From Methanocaldococcus sp. 28A (GTDB lineage: Archaea > AGJL01 > Methanococci > Methanococcales > Methanocaldococcaceae), in NCBI GenBank assembly GCA_049852185.1, contig CP187541.1: a stretch of DNA of 10,393 nt. One strand, given 5' to 3'. This document shows, piece after piece, positions 1-8,758 of the stretch (within the stretch, counting starts at the first letter, position 1; each line of letters begins with the position of its first letter). A program made the translations under genes and the position numbers. The notes beneath the pieces are model-generated. The model was given only the letters and a program-made list of their open reading frames with translations, was not told where the DNA came from and searched no databases.

Positions 1-444
1 ACTTATGAGATAATCATTTATGGGAGGGTCCAACATGTTGGGTTTAGGGATAGGATAGAAAATATAGGCAGAGGTTTAGGTATTAGTGGAATAATATATA
101 ACTATAAGGATGGGACAGTTAGGATATTAGCAAACTTTGATTCAGAAAGGAAGAAAAAACTATTCAAGGAATTTATTAAGGAACTTGAAGATGTAGATAA
201 CCTTATAAAAATAGAGAGGATTGAAGAGAGAGAACTAAATACATACATTGAATTTCCAGAGGGGATTAATAGAATATCAGCAGATGATTTAATAGAGCTA
301 AATAAAAAGTTGGATGAAGGAGTGAAGTATATTAAGTTTATATTTGGGGAGTTAGAGGAACATAAAAAGATTTTAATTGAGATAAAAGACACGCTATATG
401 AAATAAAGGAAATTCTTAAAAATAACAGCAATGCACAAAAATAA
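1..444 (+). CDS. Acylphosphatase-like protein with C-terminal coiled coil (copy 1, first 3 codons cut by the window edge)
   Basis: Same sequence as 3897-4340. Reads [16 protein letters not shown]...KNNSNAQK with stop TAA at 442-444. Confidence 0.88.
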   Translation, partial: TYEIIIYGRVQHVGFRDRIENIGRGLGISGIIYNYKDGTVRILANFDSERKKKLFKEFIKELEDVDNLIKIERIEERELNTYIEFPEGINRISADDLIELNKKLDEGVKYIKFIFGELEEHKKILIEIKDTLYEIKEILKNNSNAQK

Positions 445-474
445 TACTTGTATGGTAATCAAACTGGATATAAG

Positions 475-500
475 TTTCTTTTCTTGCTTAAGCAAATTTT
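475..500 (+). terminator. Candidate T-rich terminator after the acylphosphatase-like gene, overlapping the 12-bp palindrome TTGCTTAAGCAA (484-495)
   Basis: TTTCTTTTCTT lies 30 nt after the stop codon, and archaeal intrinsic terminators are oligo-T tracts. A T8 run at 658-665 is an alternative candidate. Confidence 0.35.
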
Positions 501-541
501 CTCTCAAAACTTGTTAAAAAATCGCTTAATATCAGTTGTAG

Positions 542-575
542 ATAGTGATGTAATTAAATCAATTGATATTGATAG
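542..575 (+). repeat. 34-bp direct repeat, intergenic copy (ATAGTGATGTAATTAAATCAATTGATATTGATAG)
   Basis: Exact match to 1235-1268, or 37/38 if extended by 4 nt. Contains the palindrome ATCAATTGAT (558-567). Recurs at 4438-4471 and 8334-8367. Confidence 0.93.
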
Positions 576-675
576 TATAATTATGATATCACACAATTTT
601 AGAAACTTAAGTTTCCAAAGAAATTTTGTTTTAAAAAAGCTAAAACGGTTCTAGTTGTTTTTTTTGATGTAAATC

Positions 676-694
676 TTAAAGTAAACTACTTTAA
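676..694. repeat. Perfect 8-3-8 inverted repeat TTAAAGTA-AAC-TACTTTAA
   Basis: Seen directly. The function is unknown, though it is operator-like. Confidence 0.6.
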
Positions 695-846
695 ATTGAT
701 TATTATAATTTTTCCAGCTCTGCCTTTCAATTTCTTAATTAATTTAATCCCTCTTTTAAAGATATTAAAACAACCAACTAACTGTCTATTAAAATACTTT
801 TTACAATTAGAGCAATATCTTACTTATATTATAAACCTTTTGGGTT

Positions 847-863
847 AATAAAAACCTATAAAT
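847..863 (+). promoter_or_regulatory. Candidate archaeal promoter for mcm (A-rich BRE-like run plus TATAAA at 857-862)
   Basis: AATAAAAACCTATAAAT would place the start site near 885-890, at the foot of the leader hairpin. An alternative TATA-like sequence is TTATATTATAAA at 824-835. The region is AT-rich, so specificity is low. Confidence 0.35.
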
Positions 864-895
864 GTATGTAACTGTCAATAGCATTAAGTTGGGAA

Positions 896-932
896 AGGTA
901 GGGGGTGCCTCTAAGAGGCCAGCCCCCTACCT
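896..932. promoter_or_regulatory. GC-rich stem-loop upstream of mcm
   Basis: AGGTAGGGGG (896-905) pairs with CCCCCTACCT (923-932). The inner stem is GCCTC-TAA-GAGGC (907-919). It can be extended by AGTTGG (887-892) pairing with CTAACT (933-938). It is the only GC-rich island in the intergenic region. Recurs at 4792-4828 and 8688-8724. Confidence 0.8.
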
Positions 933-952
933 CTAACTAAAAACAAAGTATT

Positions 953-959
953 GGAGGTG
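953..959 (+). promoter_or_regulatory. Ribosome-binding site GGAGGTG for mcm
   Basis: Strong archaeal-type Shine-Dalgarno sequence 7 nt before ATG 967, which supports this start codon. Confidence 0.8.
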
Positions 960-966
960 TAAGGCA

Positions 967-3849
967 ATGAATAATATTAGTCCAAATAATATAAATACTT
1001 CACTAAATATCAGTTCCAAATACTCAAATGTAGAAATAAATCCAATATTGAAAGCAAACATTAAAGCTCTTTTGGAATTCCTAAAAGCTAAATTTAACAA
1101 TTCCATTGACTTAGAGAAAGCTGAAAAATTTGCATATAACAGAGGTTTAATAGATGAAAAAGGACACCTCACTGAAAAAGGTATGGAAATTTTAACAGTC
1201 TTATTCAGGTTGTTTCCAGACATTGATTTTACAAATAGTGATGTAATTAAATCAATTGATATTGATAGCATACTTAGAAAGTTAGAGACCCTATCCCAAA
1301 ATTCCACTTCTGGAAATGAGTGTTGCCAACAGGAGCCAACAGTTGCCAACTTTGAAACTGAGTATAAATCGTTTGCCAACTTTGAAAAAGACGTGCCAAC
1401 TTTTGCCAACTTTGAAAATAAGATGCCAATAGTTGCCAACAACGAATTGGCAAAAGTTGGCATTGCCAACAACGAATTGGCAAAAGTTGGCATTGCCAAC
1501 AATACTATGATAAATATGACAAATATGGATGATGTGTTATGTGTTATACTCAATAAGTTCGATATCTTAAAAGAAGATATTAGAAAATTAGCAAATGAAA
1601 TTAGAAAAGAAAAGAAAATTAGTAAGACTTTCGGCAAATCTTCCTTTTATGACATAATGAAATGGTTATTAACAGATAAATGCGTTGATACTCGATATAT
1701 TGCTGAGAATATAAAGAATCTAAACGCTTCATTGGGTTCCTACAAAGCAGATTTAGCATACCTCAACAAAATAGGATGGATATATGAGGATTTAGATGGG
1801 TTATATAAGTTGAATGTTGAGAAATTTTTATCAGATTTAGAGAGAGCAGGATTGATAAACAAGTTGCATTATGAAAGGGAGTTAGAGAATGCTTCATATA
1901 ATGAGATATGGGACCTTGACCAAAAGTATTACAGTTTAAATGTTGATGAGAATGGGGTTTTTAAGTTTGAATTTGGAGATAAAACACTGGAACAATATTA
2001 TTTGTCCTCAATGATATTAAATGAAACAAAAGTATTGATTAATAGGCTACAAAAAGAGTATTTTAAGAATTGGAGAAAAGAAAATTTAAAAGAAATTGTT
2101 GATTGTGAAGATGATACTTTATTGTTTCCGTTAATAAAGTGTCACTTTACGAATATTCCAATATCTGCGACTGAATGTATCCAATATCCAGACCCTTCAA
2201 AGGTTGGAAAACTTGTGGTTGTAGAGGCGGAGATATTAGAGGCAACACCAATAAAGAACATAGTAATTTGTGGAGAGTATTCAGAATATTTAGATGATGA
2301 CGAGCCACATATAGAATATTTTGACTTGAACACCAAGAAAATTCCAGAAACAATAAAGATTAAGACAGAAGATGGAGTAAAAGAGCTAAAATTAATTAGA
2401 AAATACATTCATACTGTTCAAGAGTTCCTACTACAACAGCCAATCGATGAATTAAACCCTAAAGAAGAGCCTAAGCCAATAAAGGGAGTGTGGATAGGAG
2501 CTGAAGGATTGTTTGATATAGGGGCCAAGGTAAGAATTGTTGGAATTTTGGACATCGATAAAAGTGATAGACCTATATCTCCTTATGTAATAAGAATTTT
2601 GCGAATTGAGGAGATAGAAGAGTTTTCTTATGGTCTTAGTGAGGAAGATATTAAAATAGCCAAAGAGTACTATGAGAGCAGAGGCGGAGATTTATTTAAG
2701 ATAGCAGATGATTTGCTCCCTAACATTATAGGTAATAAGCTGTTGAAAGTTGCTATATTGTTGCAGTTATGTAATGTGGAATCAGAGCCGAGAGATGGCT
2801 TTAATTGGAATCTACATATATTACTTGTCGGGGACCCTTCAACAGGAAAATCAAGAATTCTGAAGAGAGTTTATAATCTCTTCCCAAATAACCAATATGT
2901 TGATTTAACTAATGCGACACAAGCGGGTTTAGTTGGAGCAATGGAGGCAGTAAAAGGATACTTGGGGGAAGTGTATACCTTCAAAAGAGGAGCAATGCCA
3001 AAGGCTAATGGAGCAGTGTTATGCTTAGATGAGAAAGGAAATAAGGACACTTACAAATATTTTAACACATCTATGGAGGATGGATTTACAACGGTCAAGA
3101 AAAGAGGAAGAGATATAAAATTAAAAACAAATTGTGCTTATTTGTGGGCGTGCAATCCAAAGAAGGAAAAATTTGATTTGGATAAAACGATAACAGAGCA
3201 AATAGATATTCCAGAGTCAATATTATCAAGGTTTGATATTGTGGTTGCATTATTCAACCAATCGAAGGAACTAAATGAGATTGAGGATATTATAGATGCA
3301 ATTTTAGGAGAGGGCGAAAAAGATAAGGTAGATGATGATGTTTTAAGAAGATATATTTTGTATGCGAGAACCTTTAATCCGAAGATACCTAAAGAAATTA
3401 GGAAAGAAATTGCCAAATACTATCATCAATTACAAGGGAAGAGTTACTTAATGGATGCGAGAGTCGTAAAATCATTGTTAAAGCTAGTTAGGGCTATTGC
3501 AAAAGCACACTTAAGAAATGAAGTTATGAAAGAAGATTTTGAACTTGCAAAGAAAATATACCAAATGTATTTAGACACTGTCTTATACGACCCGGAAAGT
3601 GGAGTATATGACTTTGGAAAATTAGGAAAAGCTACGAAATCAGAAAGAGAAAAAATGGATAAAATAGTTGAGATAATAAAAGAGATTGCTAAAGATAGGG
3701 CTGACAACTTAGTTCCACAAACAGAGATTGAAGAGAAAGCTAAAGAGATGTTAGGAATTGATGAGAATGAAGTGGAAAGATTATTAAAGAAACTTGAAAA
3801 GATTGGCGAAATTCATGAGCCAAGAGCTGGCATATGGGGAGTATTATAA
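967..3849 (+). CDS. mcm: MCM-family AAA+ helicase with long N-terminal extension, putative plasmid replication protein (960 aa)
   Basis: Walker [14 protein letters not shown] (GDPSTGKS at 2830-2853), Walker B VLCLDE (3016-3033), sensor 1 WACNPK, arginine finger LSRFD (SRFD at 3226-3237), sensor 2-like [13 protein letters not shown]-fold motifs [11 protein letters not shown] / QEFLLQQP / [10 protein letters not shown], and C-terminal winged helix [17 protein letters not shown]. Confidence 0.95.
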   Translation: MNNISPNNINTSLNISSKYSNVEINPILKANIKALLEFLKAKFNNSIDLEKAEKFAYNRGLIDEKGHLTEKGMEILTVLFRLFPDIDFTNSDVIKSIDIDSILRKLETLSQNSTSGNECCQQEPTVANFETEYKSFANFEKDVPTFANFENKMPIVANNELAKVGIANNELAKVGIANNTMINMTNMDDVLCVILNKFDILKEDIRKLANEIRKEKKISKTFGKSSFYDIMKWLLTDKCVDTRYIAENIKNLNASLGSYKADLAYLNKIGWIYEDLDGLYKLNVEKFLSDLERAGLINKLHYERELENASYNEIWDLDQKYYSLNVDENGVFKFEFGDKTLEQYYLSSMILNETKVLINRLQKEYFKNWRKENLKEIVDCEDDTLLFPLIKCHFTNIPISATECIQYPDPSKVGKLVVVEAEILEATPIKNIVICGEYSEYLDDDEPHIEYFDLNTKKIPETIKIKTEDGVKELKLIRKYIHTVQEFLLQQPIDELNPKEEPKPIKGVWIGAEGLFDIGAKVRIVGILDIDKSDRPISPYVIRILRIEEIEEFSYGLSEEDIKIAKEYYESRGGDLFKIADDLLPNIIGNKLLKVAILLQLCNVESEPRDGFNWNLHILLVGDPSTGKSRILKRVYNLFPNNQYVDLTNATQAGLVGAMEAVKGYLGEVYTFKRGAMPKANGAVLCLDEKGNKDTYKYFNTSMEDGFTTVKKRGRDIKLKTNCAYLWACNPKKEKFDLDKTITEQIDIPESILSRFDIVVALFNQSKELNEIEDIIDAILGEGEKDKVDDDVLRRYILYARTFNPKIPKEIRKEIAKYYHQLQGKSYLMDARVVKSLLKLVRAIAKAHLRNEVMKEDFELAKKIYQMYLDTVLYDPESGVYDFGKLGKATKSEREKMDKIVEIIKEIAKDRADNLVPQTEIEEKAKEMLGIDENEVERLLKKLEKIGEIHEPRAGIWGVL
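1235..1268 (+). repeat. 34-bp direct repeat, copy inside mcm (encodes [11 protein letters not shown])
   Basis: Exact match to 542-575, 693 bp upstream. Recurs at 5131-5164 and 9027-9060. Confidence 0.93.
1321..1500. repeat. Array of (TT)GCCAAC boxes inside mcm, iteron-like
   Basis: GCCAAC ends at 1330, 1340, 1350, 1380, 1400, 1410, 1440, 1470 and 1500, with GCCAAT ending at 1430. Inverted TTGGCA copies start at 1447, 1457, 1477 and 1487. There is an exact 30-bp duplication (1441-1470 and 1471-1500) and three copies of TTGCCAACTTTGAAA. Recurs at 5217-5396 and 9113-9292. Confidence 0.92.
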
Positions 3850-3877
3850 TATTGGCTTATTACAAAAATATTAATCA

Positions 3878-3883
3878 AGGTGA
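3878..3883 (+). promoter_or_regulatory. Ribosome-binding site AGGTGA for the acylphosphatase-like gene
   Basis: AGGTGA-AACT-ATG is the typical methanococcal RBS arrangement and supports ATG 3888 over ATG 3834. Confidence 0.8.
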
Positions 3884-3887
3884 AACT

Positions 3888-4340
3888 ATGGCAACGACTT
3901 ATGAGATAATCATTTATGGGAGGGTCCAACATGTTGGGTTTAGGGATAGGATAGAAAATATAGGCAGAGGTTTAGGTATTAGTGGAATAATATATAACTA
4001 TAAGGATGGGACAGTTAGGATATTAGCAAACTTTGATTCAGAAAGGAAGAAAAAACTATTCAAGGAATTTATTAAGGAACTTGAAGATGTAGATAACCTT
4101 ATAAAAATAGAGAGGATTGAAGAGAGAGAACTAAATACATACATTGAATTTCCAGAGGGGATTAATAGAATATCAGCAGATGATTTAATAGAGCTAAATA
4201 AAAAGTTGGATGAAGGAGTGAAGTATATTAAGTTTATATTTGGGGAGTTAGAGGAACATAAAAAGATTTTAATTGAGATAAAAGACACGCTATATGAAAT
4301 AAAGGAAATTCTTAAAAATAACAGCAATGCACAAAAATAA
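3888..4340 (+). CDS. Acylphosphatase-like protein with C-terminal coiled coil (150 aa, copy 2)
   Basis: [10 protein letters not shown] resembles the acylphosphatase signature GxVQGVGFR, and NYKDGTV matches NxxDGxV, so the Arg and Asn are retained. The tail [40 protein letters not shown] is heptad-like. The start was moved from 3834 to 3888 on RBS evidence. Confidence 0.88.
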   Translation: MATTYEIIIYGRVQHVGFRDRIENIGRGLGISGIIYNYKDGTVRILANFDSERKKKLFKEFIKELEDVDNLIKIERIEERELNTYIEFPEGINRISADDLIELNKKLDEGVKYIKFIFGELEEHKKILIEIKDTLYEIKEILKNNSNAQK

Positions 4341-4862
4341 TACTTGTATGGTAATCAAACTGGATATAAGTTTCTTTTCTTGCTTAAGCAAATTTTCTCT
4401 CAAAACTTGTTAAAAAATCGCTTAATATCAGTTGTAGATAGTGATGTAATTAAATCAATTGATATTGATAGTATAATTATGATATCACACAATTTTAGAA
4501 ACTTAAGTTTCCAAAGAAATTTTGTTTTAAAAAAGCTAAAACGGTTCTAGTTGTTTTTTTTGATGTAAATCTTAAAGTAAACTACTTTAAATTGATTATT
4601 ATAATTTTTCCAGCTCTGCCTTTCAATTTCTTAATTAATTTAATCCCTCTTTTAAAGATATTAAAACAACCAACTAACTGTCTATTAAAATACTTTTTAC
4701 AATTAGAGCAATATCTTACTTATATTATAAACCTTTTGGGTTAATAAAAACCTATAAATGTATGTAACTGTCAATAGCATTAAGTTGGGAAAGGTAGGGG
4801 GTGCCTCTAAGAGGCCAGCCCCCTACCTCTAACTAAAAACAAAGTATTGGAGGTGTAAGGCA

Positions 4863-7745
4863 ATGAATAATATTAGTCCAAATAATATAAATACTTCACT
4901 AAATATCAGTTCCAAATACTCAAATGTAGAAATAAATCCAATATTGAAAGCAAACATTAAAGCTCTTTTGGAATTCCTAAAAGCTAAATTTAACAATTCC
5001 ATTGACTTAGAGAAAGCTGAAAAATTTGCATATAACAGAGGTTTAATAGATGAAAAAGGACACCTCACTGAAAAAGGTATGGAAATTTTAACAGTCTTAT
5101 TCAGGTTGTTTCCAGACATTGATTTTACAAATAGTGATGTAATTAAATCAATTGATATTGATAGCATACTTAGAAAGTTAGAGACCCTATCCCAAAATTC
5201 CACTTCTGGAAATGAGTGTTGCCAACAGGAGCCAACAGTTGCCAACTTTGAAACTGAGTATAAATCGTTTGCCAACTTTGAAAAAGACGTGCCAACTTTT
5301 GCCAACTTTGAAAATAAGATGCCAATAGTTGCCAACAACGAATTGGCAAAAGTTGGCATTGCCAACAACGAATTGGCAAAAGTTGGCATTGCCAACAATA
5401 CTATGATAAATATGACAAATATGGATGATGTGTTATGTGTTATACTCAATAAGTTCGATATCTTAAAAGAAGATATTAGAAAATTAGCAAATGAAATTAG
5501 AAAAGAAAAGAAAATTAGTAAGACTTTCGGCAAATCTTCCTTTTATGACATAATGAAATGGTTATTAACAGATAAATGCGTTGATACTCGATATATTGCT
5601 GAGAATATAAAGAATCTAAACGCTTCATTGGGTTCCTACAAAGCAGATTTAGCATACCTCAACAAAATAGGATGGATATATGAGGATTTAGATGGGTTAT
5701 ATAAGTTGAATGTTGAGAAATTTTTATCAGATTTAGAGAGAGCAGGATTGATAAACAAGTTGCATTATGAAAGGGAGTTAGAGAATGCTTCATATAATGA
5801 GATATGGGACCTTGACCAAAAGTATTACAGTTTAAATGTTGATGAGAATGGGGTTTTTAAGTTTGAATTTGGAGATAAAACACTGGAACAATATTATTTG
5901 TCCTCAATGATATTAAATGAAACAAAAGTATTGATTAATAGGCTACAAAAAGAGTATTTTAAGAATTGGAGAAAAGAAAATTTAAAAGAAATTGTTGATT
6001 GTGAAGATGATACTTTATTGTTTCCGTTAATAAAGTGTCACTTTACGAATATTCCAATATCTGCGACTGAATGTATCCAATATCCAGACCCTTCAAAGGT
6101 TGGAAAACTTGTGGTTGTAGAGGCGGAGATATTAGAGGCAACACCAATAAAGAACATAGTAATTTGTGGAGAGTATTCAGAATATTTAGATGATGACGAG
6201 CCACATATAGAATATTTTGACTTGAACACCAAGAAAATTCCAGAAACAATAAAGATTAAGACAGAAGATGGAGTAAAAGAGCTAAAATTAATTAGAAAAT
6301 ACATTCATACTGTTCAAGAGTTCCTACTACAACAGCCAATCGATGAATTAAACCCTAAAGAAGAGCCTAAGCCAATAAAGGGAGTGTGGATAGGAGCTGA
6401 AGGATTGTTTGATATAGGGGCCAAGGTAAGAATTGTTGGAATTTTGGACATCGATAAAAGTGATAGACCTATATCTCCTTATGTAATAAGAATTTTGCGA
6501 ATTGAGGAGATAGAAGAGTTTTCTTATGGTCTTAGTGAGGAAGATATTAAAATAGCCAAAGAGTACTATGAGAGCAGAGGCGGAGATTTATTTAAGATAG
6601 CAGATGATTTGCTCCCTAACATTATAGGTAATAAGCTGTTGAAAGTTGCTATATTGTTGCAGTTATGTAATGTGGAATCAGAGCCGAGAGATGGCTTTAA
6701 TTGGAATCTACATATATTACTTGTCGGGGACCCTTCAACAGGAAAATCAAGAATTCTGAAGAGAGTTTATAATCTCTTCCCAAATAACCAATATGTTGAT
6801 TTAACTAATGCGACACAAGCGGGTTTAGTTGGAGCAATGGAGGCAGTAAAAGGATACTTGGGGGAAGTGTATACCTTCAAAAGAGGAGCAATGCCAAAGG
6901 CTAATGGAGCAGTGTTATGCTTAGATGAGAAAGGAAATAAGGACACTTACAAATATTTTAACACATCTATGGAGGATGGATTTACAACGGTCAAGAAAAG
7001 AGGAAGAGATATAAAATTAAAAACAAATTGTGCTTATTTGTGGGCGTGCAATCCAAAGAAGGAAAAATTTGATTTGGATAAAACGATAACAGAGCAAATA
7101 GATATTCCAGAGTCAATATTATCAAGGTTTGATATTGTGGTTGCATTATTCAACCAATCGAAGGAACTAAATGAGATTGAGGATATTATAGATGCAATTT
7201 TAGGAGAGGGCGAAAAAGATAAGGTAGATGATGATGTTTTAAGAAGATATATTTTGTATGCGAGAACCTTTAATCCGAAGATACCTAAAGAAATTAGGAA
7301 AGAAATTGCCAAATACTATCATCAATTACAAGGGAAGAGTTACTTAATGGATGCGAGAGTCGTAAAATCATTGTTAAAGCTAGTTAGGGCTATTGCAAAA
7401 GCACACTTAAGAAATGAAGTTATGAAAGAAGATTTTGAACTTGCAAAGAAAATATACCAAATGTATTTAGACACTGTCTTATACGACCCGGAAAGTGGAG
7501 TATATGACTTTGGAAAATTAGGAAAAGCTACGAAATCAGAAAGAGAAAAAATGGATAAAATAGTTGAGATAATAAAAGAGATTGCTAAAGATAGGGCTGA
7601 CAACTTAGTTCCACAAACAGAGATTGAAGAGAAAGCTAAAGAGATGTTAGGAATTGATGAGAATGAAGTGGAAAGATTATTAAAGAAACTTGAAAAGATT
7701 GGCGAAATTCATGAGCCAAGAGCTGGCATATGGGGAGTATTATAA
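4863..7745 (+). CDS. mcm: MCM-family helicase, putative replication protein (copy 2)
   Basis: Translation identical to 967-3849. Confidence 0.95.
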   Translation: MNNISPNNINTSLNISSKYSNVEINPILKANIKALLEFLKAKFNNSIDLEKAEKFAYNRGLIDEKGHLTEKGMEILTVLFRLFPDIDFTNSDVIKSIDIDSILRKLETLSQNSTSGNECCQQEPTVANFETEYKSFANFEKDVPTFANFENKMPIVANNELAKVGIANNELAKVGIANNTMINMTNMDDVLCVILNKFDILKEDIRKLANEIRKEKKISKTFGKSSFYDIMKWLLTDKCVDTRYIAENIKNLNASLGSYKADLAYLNKIGWIYEDLDGLYKLNVEKFLSDLERAGLINKLHYERELENASYNEIWDLDQKYYSLNVDENGVFKFEFGDKTLEQYYLSSMILNETKVLINRLQKEYFKNWRKENLKEIVDCEDDTLLFPLIKCHFTNIPISATECIQYPDPSKVGKLVVVEAEILEATPIKNIVICGEYSEYLDDDEPHIEYFDLNTKKIPETIKIKTEDGVKELKLIRKYIHTVQEFLLQQPIDELNPKEEPKPIKGVWIGAEGLFDIGAKVRIVGILDIDKSDRPISPYVIRILRIEEIEEFSYGLSEEDIKIAKEYYESRGGDLFKIADDLLPNIIGNKLLKVAILLQLCNVESEPRDGFNWNLHILLVGDPSTGKSRILKRVYNLFPNNQYVDLTNATQAGLVGAMEAVKGYLGEVYTFKRGAMPKANGAVLCLDEKGNKDTYKYFNTSMEDGFTTVKKRGRDIKLKTNCAYLWACNPKKEKFDLDKTITEQIDIPESILSRFDIVVALFNQSKELNEIEDIIDAILGEGEKDKVDDDVLRRYILYARTFNPKIPKEIRKEIAKYYHQLQGKSYLMDARVVKSLLKLVRAIAKAHLRNEVMKEDFELAKKIYQMYLDTVLYDPESGVYDFGKLGKATKSEREKMDKIVEIIKEIAKDRADNLVPQTEIEEKAKEMLGIDENEVERLLKKLEKIGEIHEPRAGIWGVL

Positions 7746-7783
7746 TATTGGCTTATTACAAAAATATTAATCAAGGTGAAACT

Positions 7784-8236
7784 ATGGCAACGACTTATGA
7801 GATAATCATTTATGGGAGGGTCCAACATGTTGGGTTTAGGGATAGGATAGAAAATATAGGCAGAGGTTTAGGTATTAGTGGAATAATATATAACTATAAG
7901 GATGGGACAGTTAGGATATTAGCAAACTTTGATTCAGAAAGGAAGAAAAAACTATTCAAGGAATTTATTAAGGAACTTGAAGATGTAGATAACCTTATAA
8001 AAATAGAGAGGATTGAAGAGAGAGAACTAAATACATACATTGAATTTCCAGAGGGGATTAATAGAATATCAGCAGATGATTTAATAGAGCTAAATAAAAA
8101 GTTGGATGAAGGAGTGAAGTATATTAAGTTTATATTTGGGGAGTTAGAGGAACATAAAAAGATTTTAATTGAGATAAAAGACACGCTATATGAAATAAAG
8201 GAAATTCTTAAAAATAACAGCAATGCACAAAAATAA
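7784..8236 (+). CDS. Acylphosphatase-like protein with C-terminal coiled coil (copy 3)
   Basis: Identical to 3888-4340. Confidence 0.88.
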   Translation: MATTYEIIIYGRVQHVGFRDRIENIGRGLGISGIIYNYKDGTVRILANFDSERKKKLFKEFIKELEDVDNLIKIERIEERELNTYIEFPEGINRISADDLIELNKKLDEGVKYIKFIFGELEEHKKILIEIKDTLYEIKEILKNNSNAQK

Positions 8237-8758
8237 TACTTGTATGGTAATCAAACTGGATATAAGTTTCTTTTCTTGCTTAAGCAAATTTTCTCTCAAA
8301 ACTTGTTAAAAAATCGCTTAATATCAGTTGTAGATAGTGATGTAATTAAATCAATTGATATTGATAGTATAATTATGATATCACACAATTTTAGAAACTT
8401 AAGTTTCCAAAGAAATTTTGTTTTAAAAAAGCTAAAACGGTTCTAGTTGTTTTTTTTGATGTAAATCTTAAAGTAAACTACTTTAAATTGATTATTATAA
8501 TTTTTCCAGCTCTGCCTTTCAATTTCTTAATTAATTTAATCCCTCTTTTAAAGATATTAAAACAACCAACTAACTGTCTATTAAAATACTTTTTACAATT
8601 AGAGCAATATCTTACTTATATTATAAACCTTTTGGGTTAATAAAAACCTATAAATGTATGTAACTGTCAATAGCATTAAGTTGGGAAAGGTAGGGGGTGC
8701 CTCTAAGAGGCCAGCCCCCTACCTCTAACTAAAAACAAAGTATTGGAGGTGTAAGGCA

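Larger units (their letters stand above)
1..3896. mobile_element. Putative small circular archaeal plasmid or replicon of 3,896 bp (one unit), MCM-based
   Basis: The unit is seamlessly permuted, with the acylphosphatase-like gene running across the junction. It has a divergent MCM with an N-terminal extension and iteron-like repeats, and lacks housekeeping context, integrase and transposase. Extra MCM genes on plasmids and integrated elements of Methanococcales are established. Plasmid status is inferred. Confidence 0.75.

Noticed and set aside
448-654. 68-aa ORF sharing [12 protein letters not shown] with MCM (also 4344-4550, 8240-8446)
   Set aside because: TTG start, no RBS, runs through terminator-like T tracts and has no recognisable domain. 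The shared peptide is explained by the 34-bp DNA repeat. Not called as a gene, though it could be a remnant.
542-1268. Diversity-generating retroelement template/variable repeat pair
   Set aside because: Only 34 bp, no adenine-specific mismatches and no reverse transcriptase in the unit.
1302-1317. Resemblance of TTCCACTTCTGGAAAT to an archaeal ORB (TTCCAGTGGAAA)
   Set aside because: The spacer is 4 nt rather than 1, there is no adjacent G-string, it is a single copy and no orc1/cdc6 gene is present.
1321-1500. CRISPR array interpretation of the repeats
   Set aside because: The repeats are 6-15 bp on a 10-bp lattice with no unique 30-40-bp spacers, lie inside an intact ORF, and no cas genes are present.
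933-1637. 234-aa minus-strand ORF and nested 1274-1483 ORF
   Set aside because: Antisense shadows of mcm with F/S/I/L-rich composition. They stay open partly because of the repeat array.
102-3707. Other minus-strand ORFs (102-431, 2142-2408, 2147-2353, 3138-3416, 3444-3707 and their copies)
   Set aside because: All lie fully opposite well-supported genes and have the S/F/I-rich composition expected from the reverse of E/K-rich codons.
967-3849. Intein as the cause of the extra MCM length, or this being the host's chromosomal mcm
   Set aside because: The AAA+ motifs are contiguous with no intein-like insertion and the extra length is N-terminal. The divergent motifs and absence of housekeeping neighbours argue against the cellular copy.
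3834-3887. Longer 168-aa start for the acylphosphatase-like gene
   Set aside because: It overlaps the mcm stop. ATG 3888 has an AGGTGA RBS and coincides with the start of the domain.
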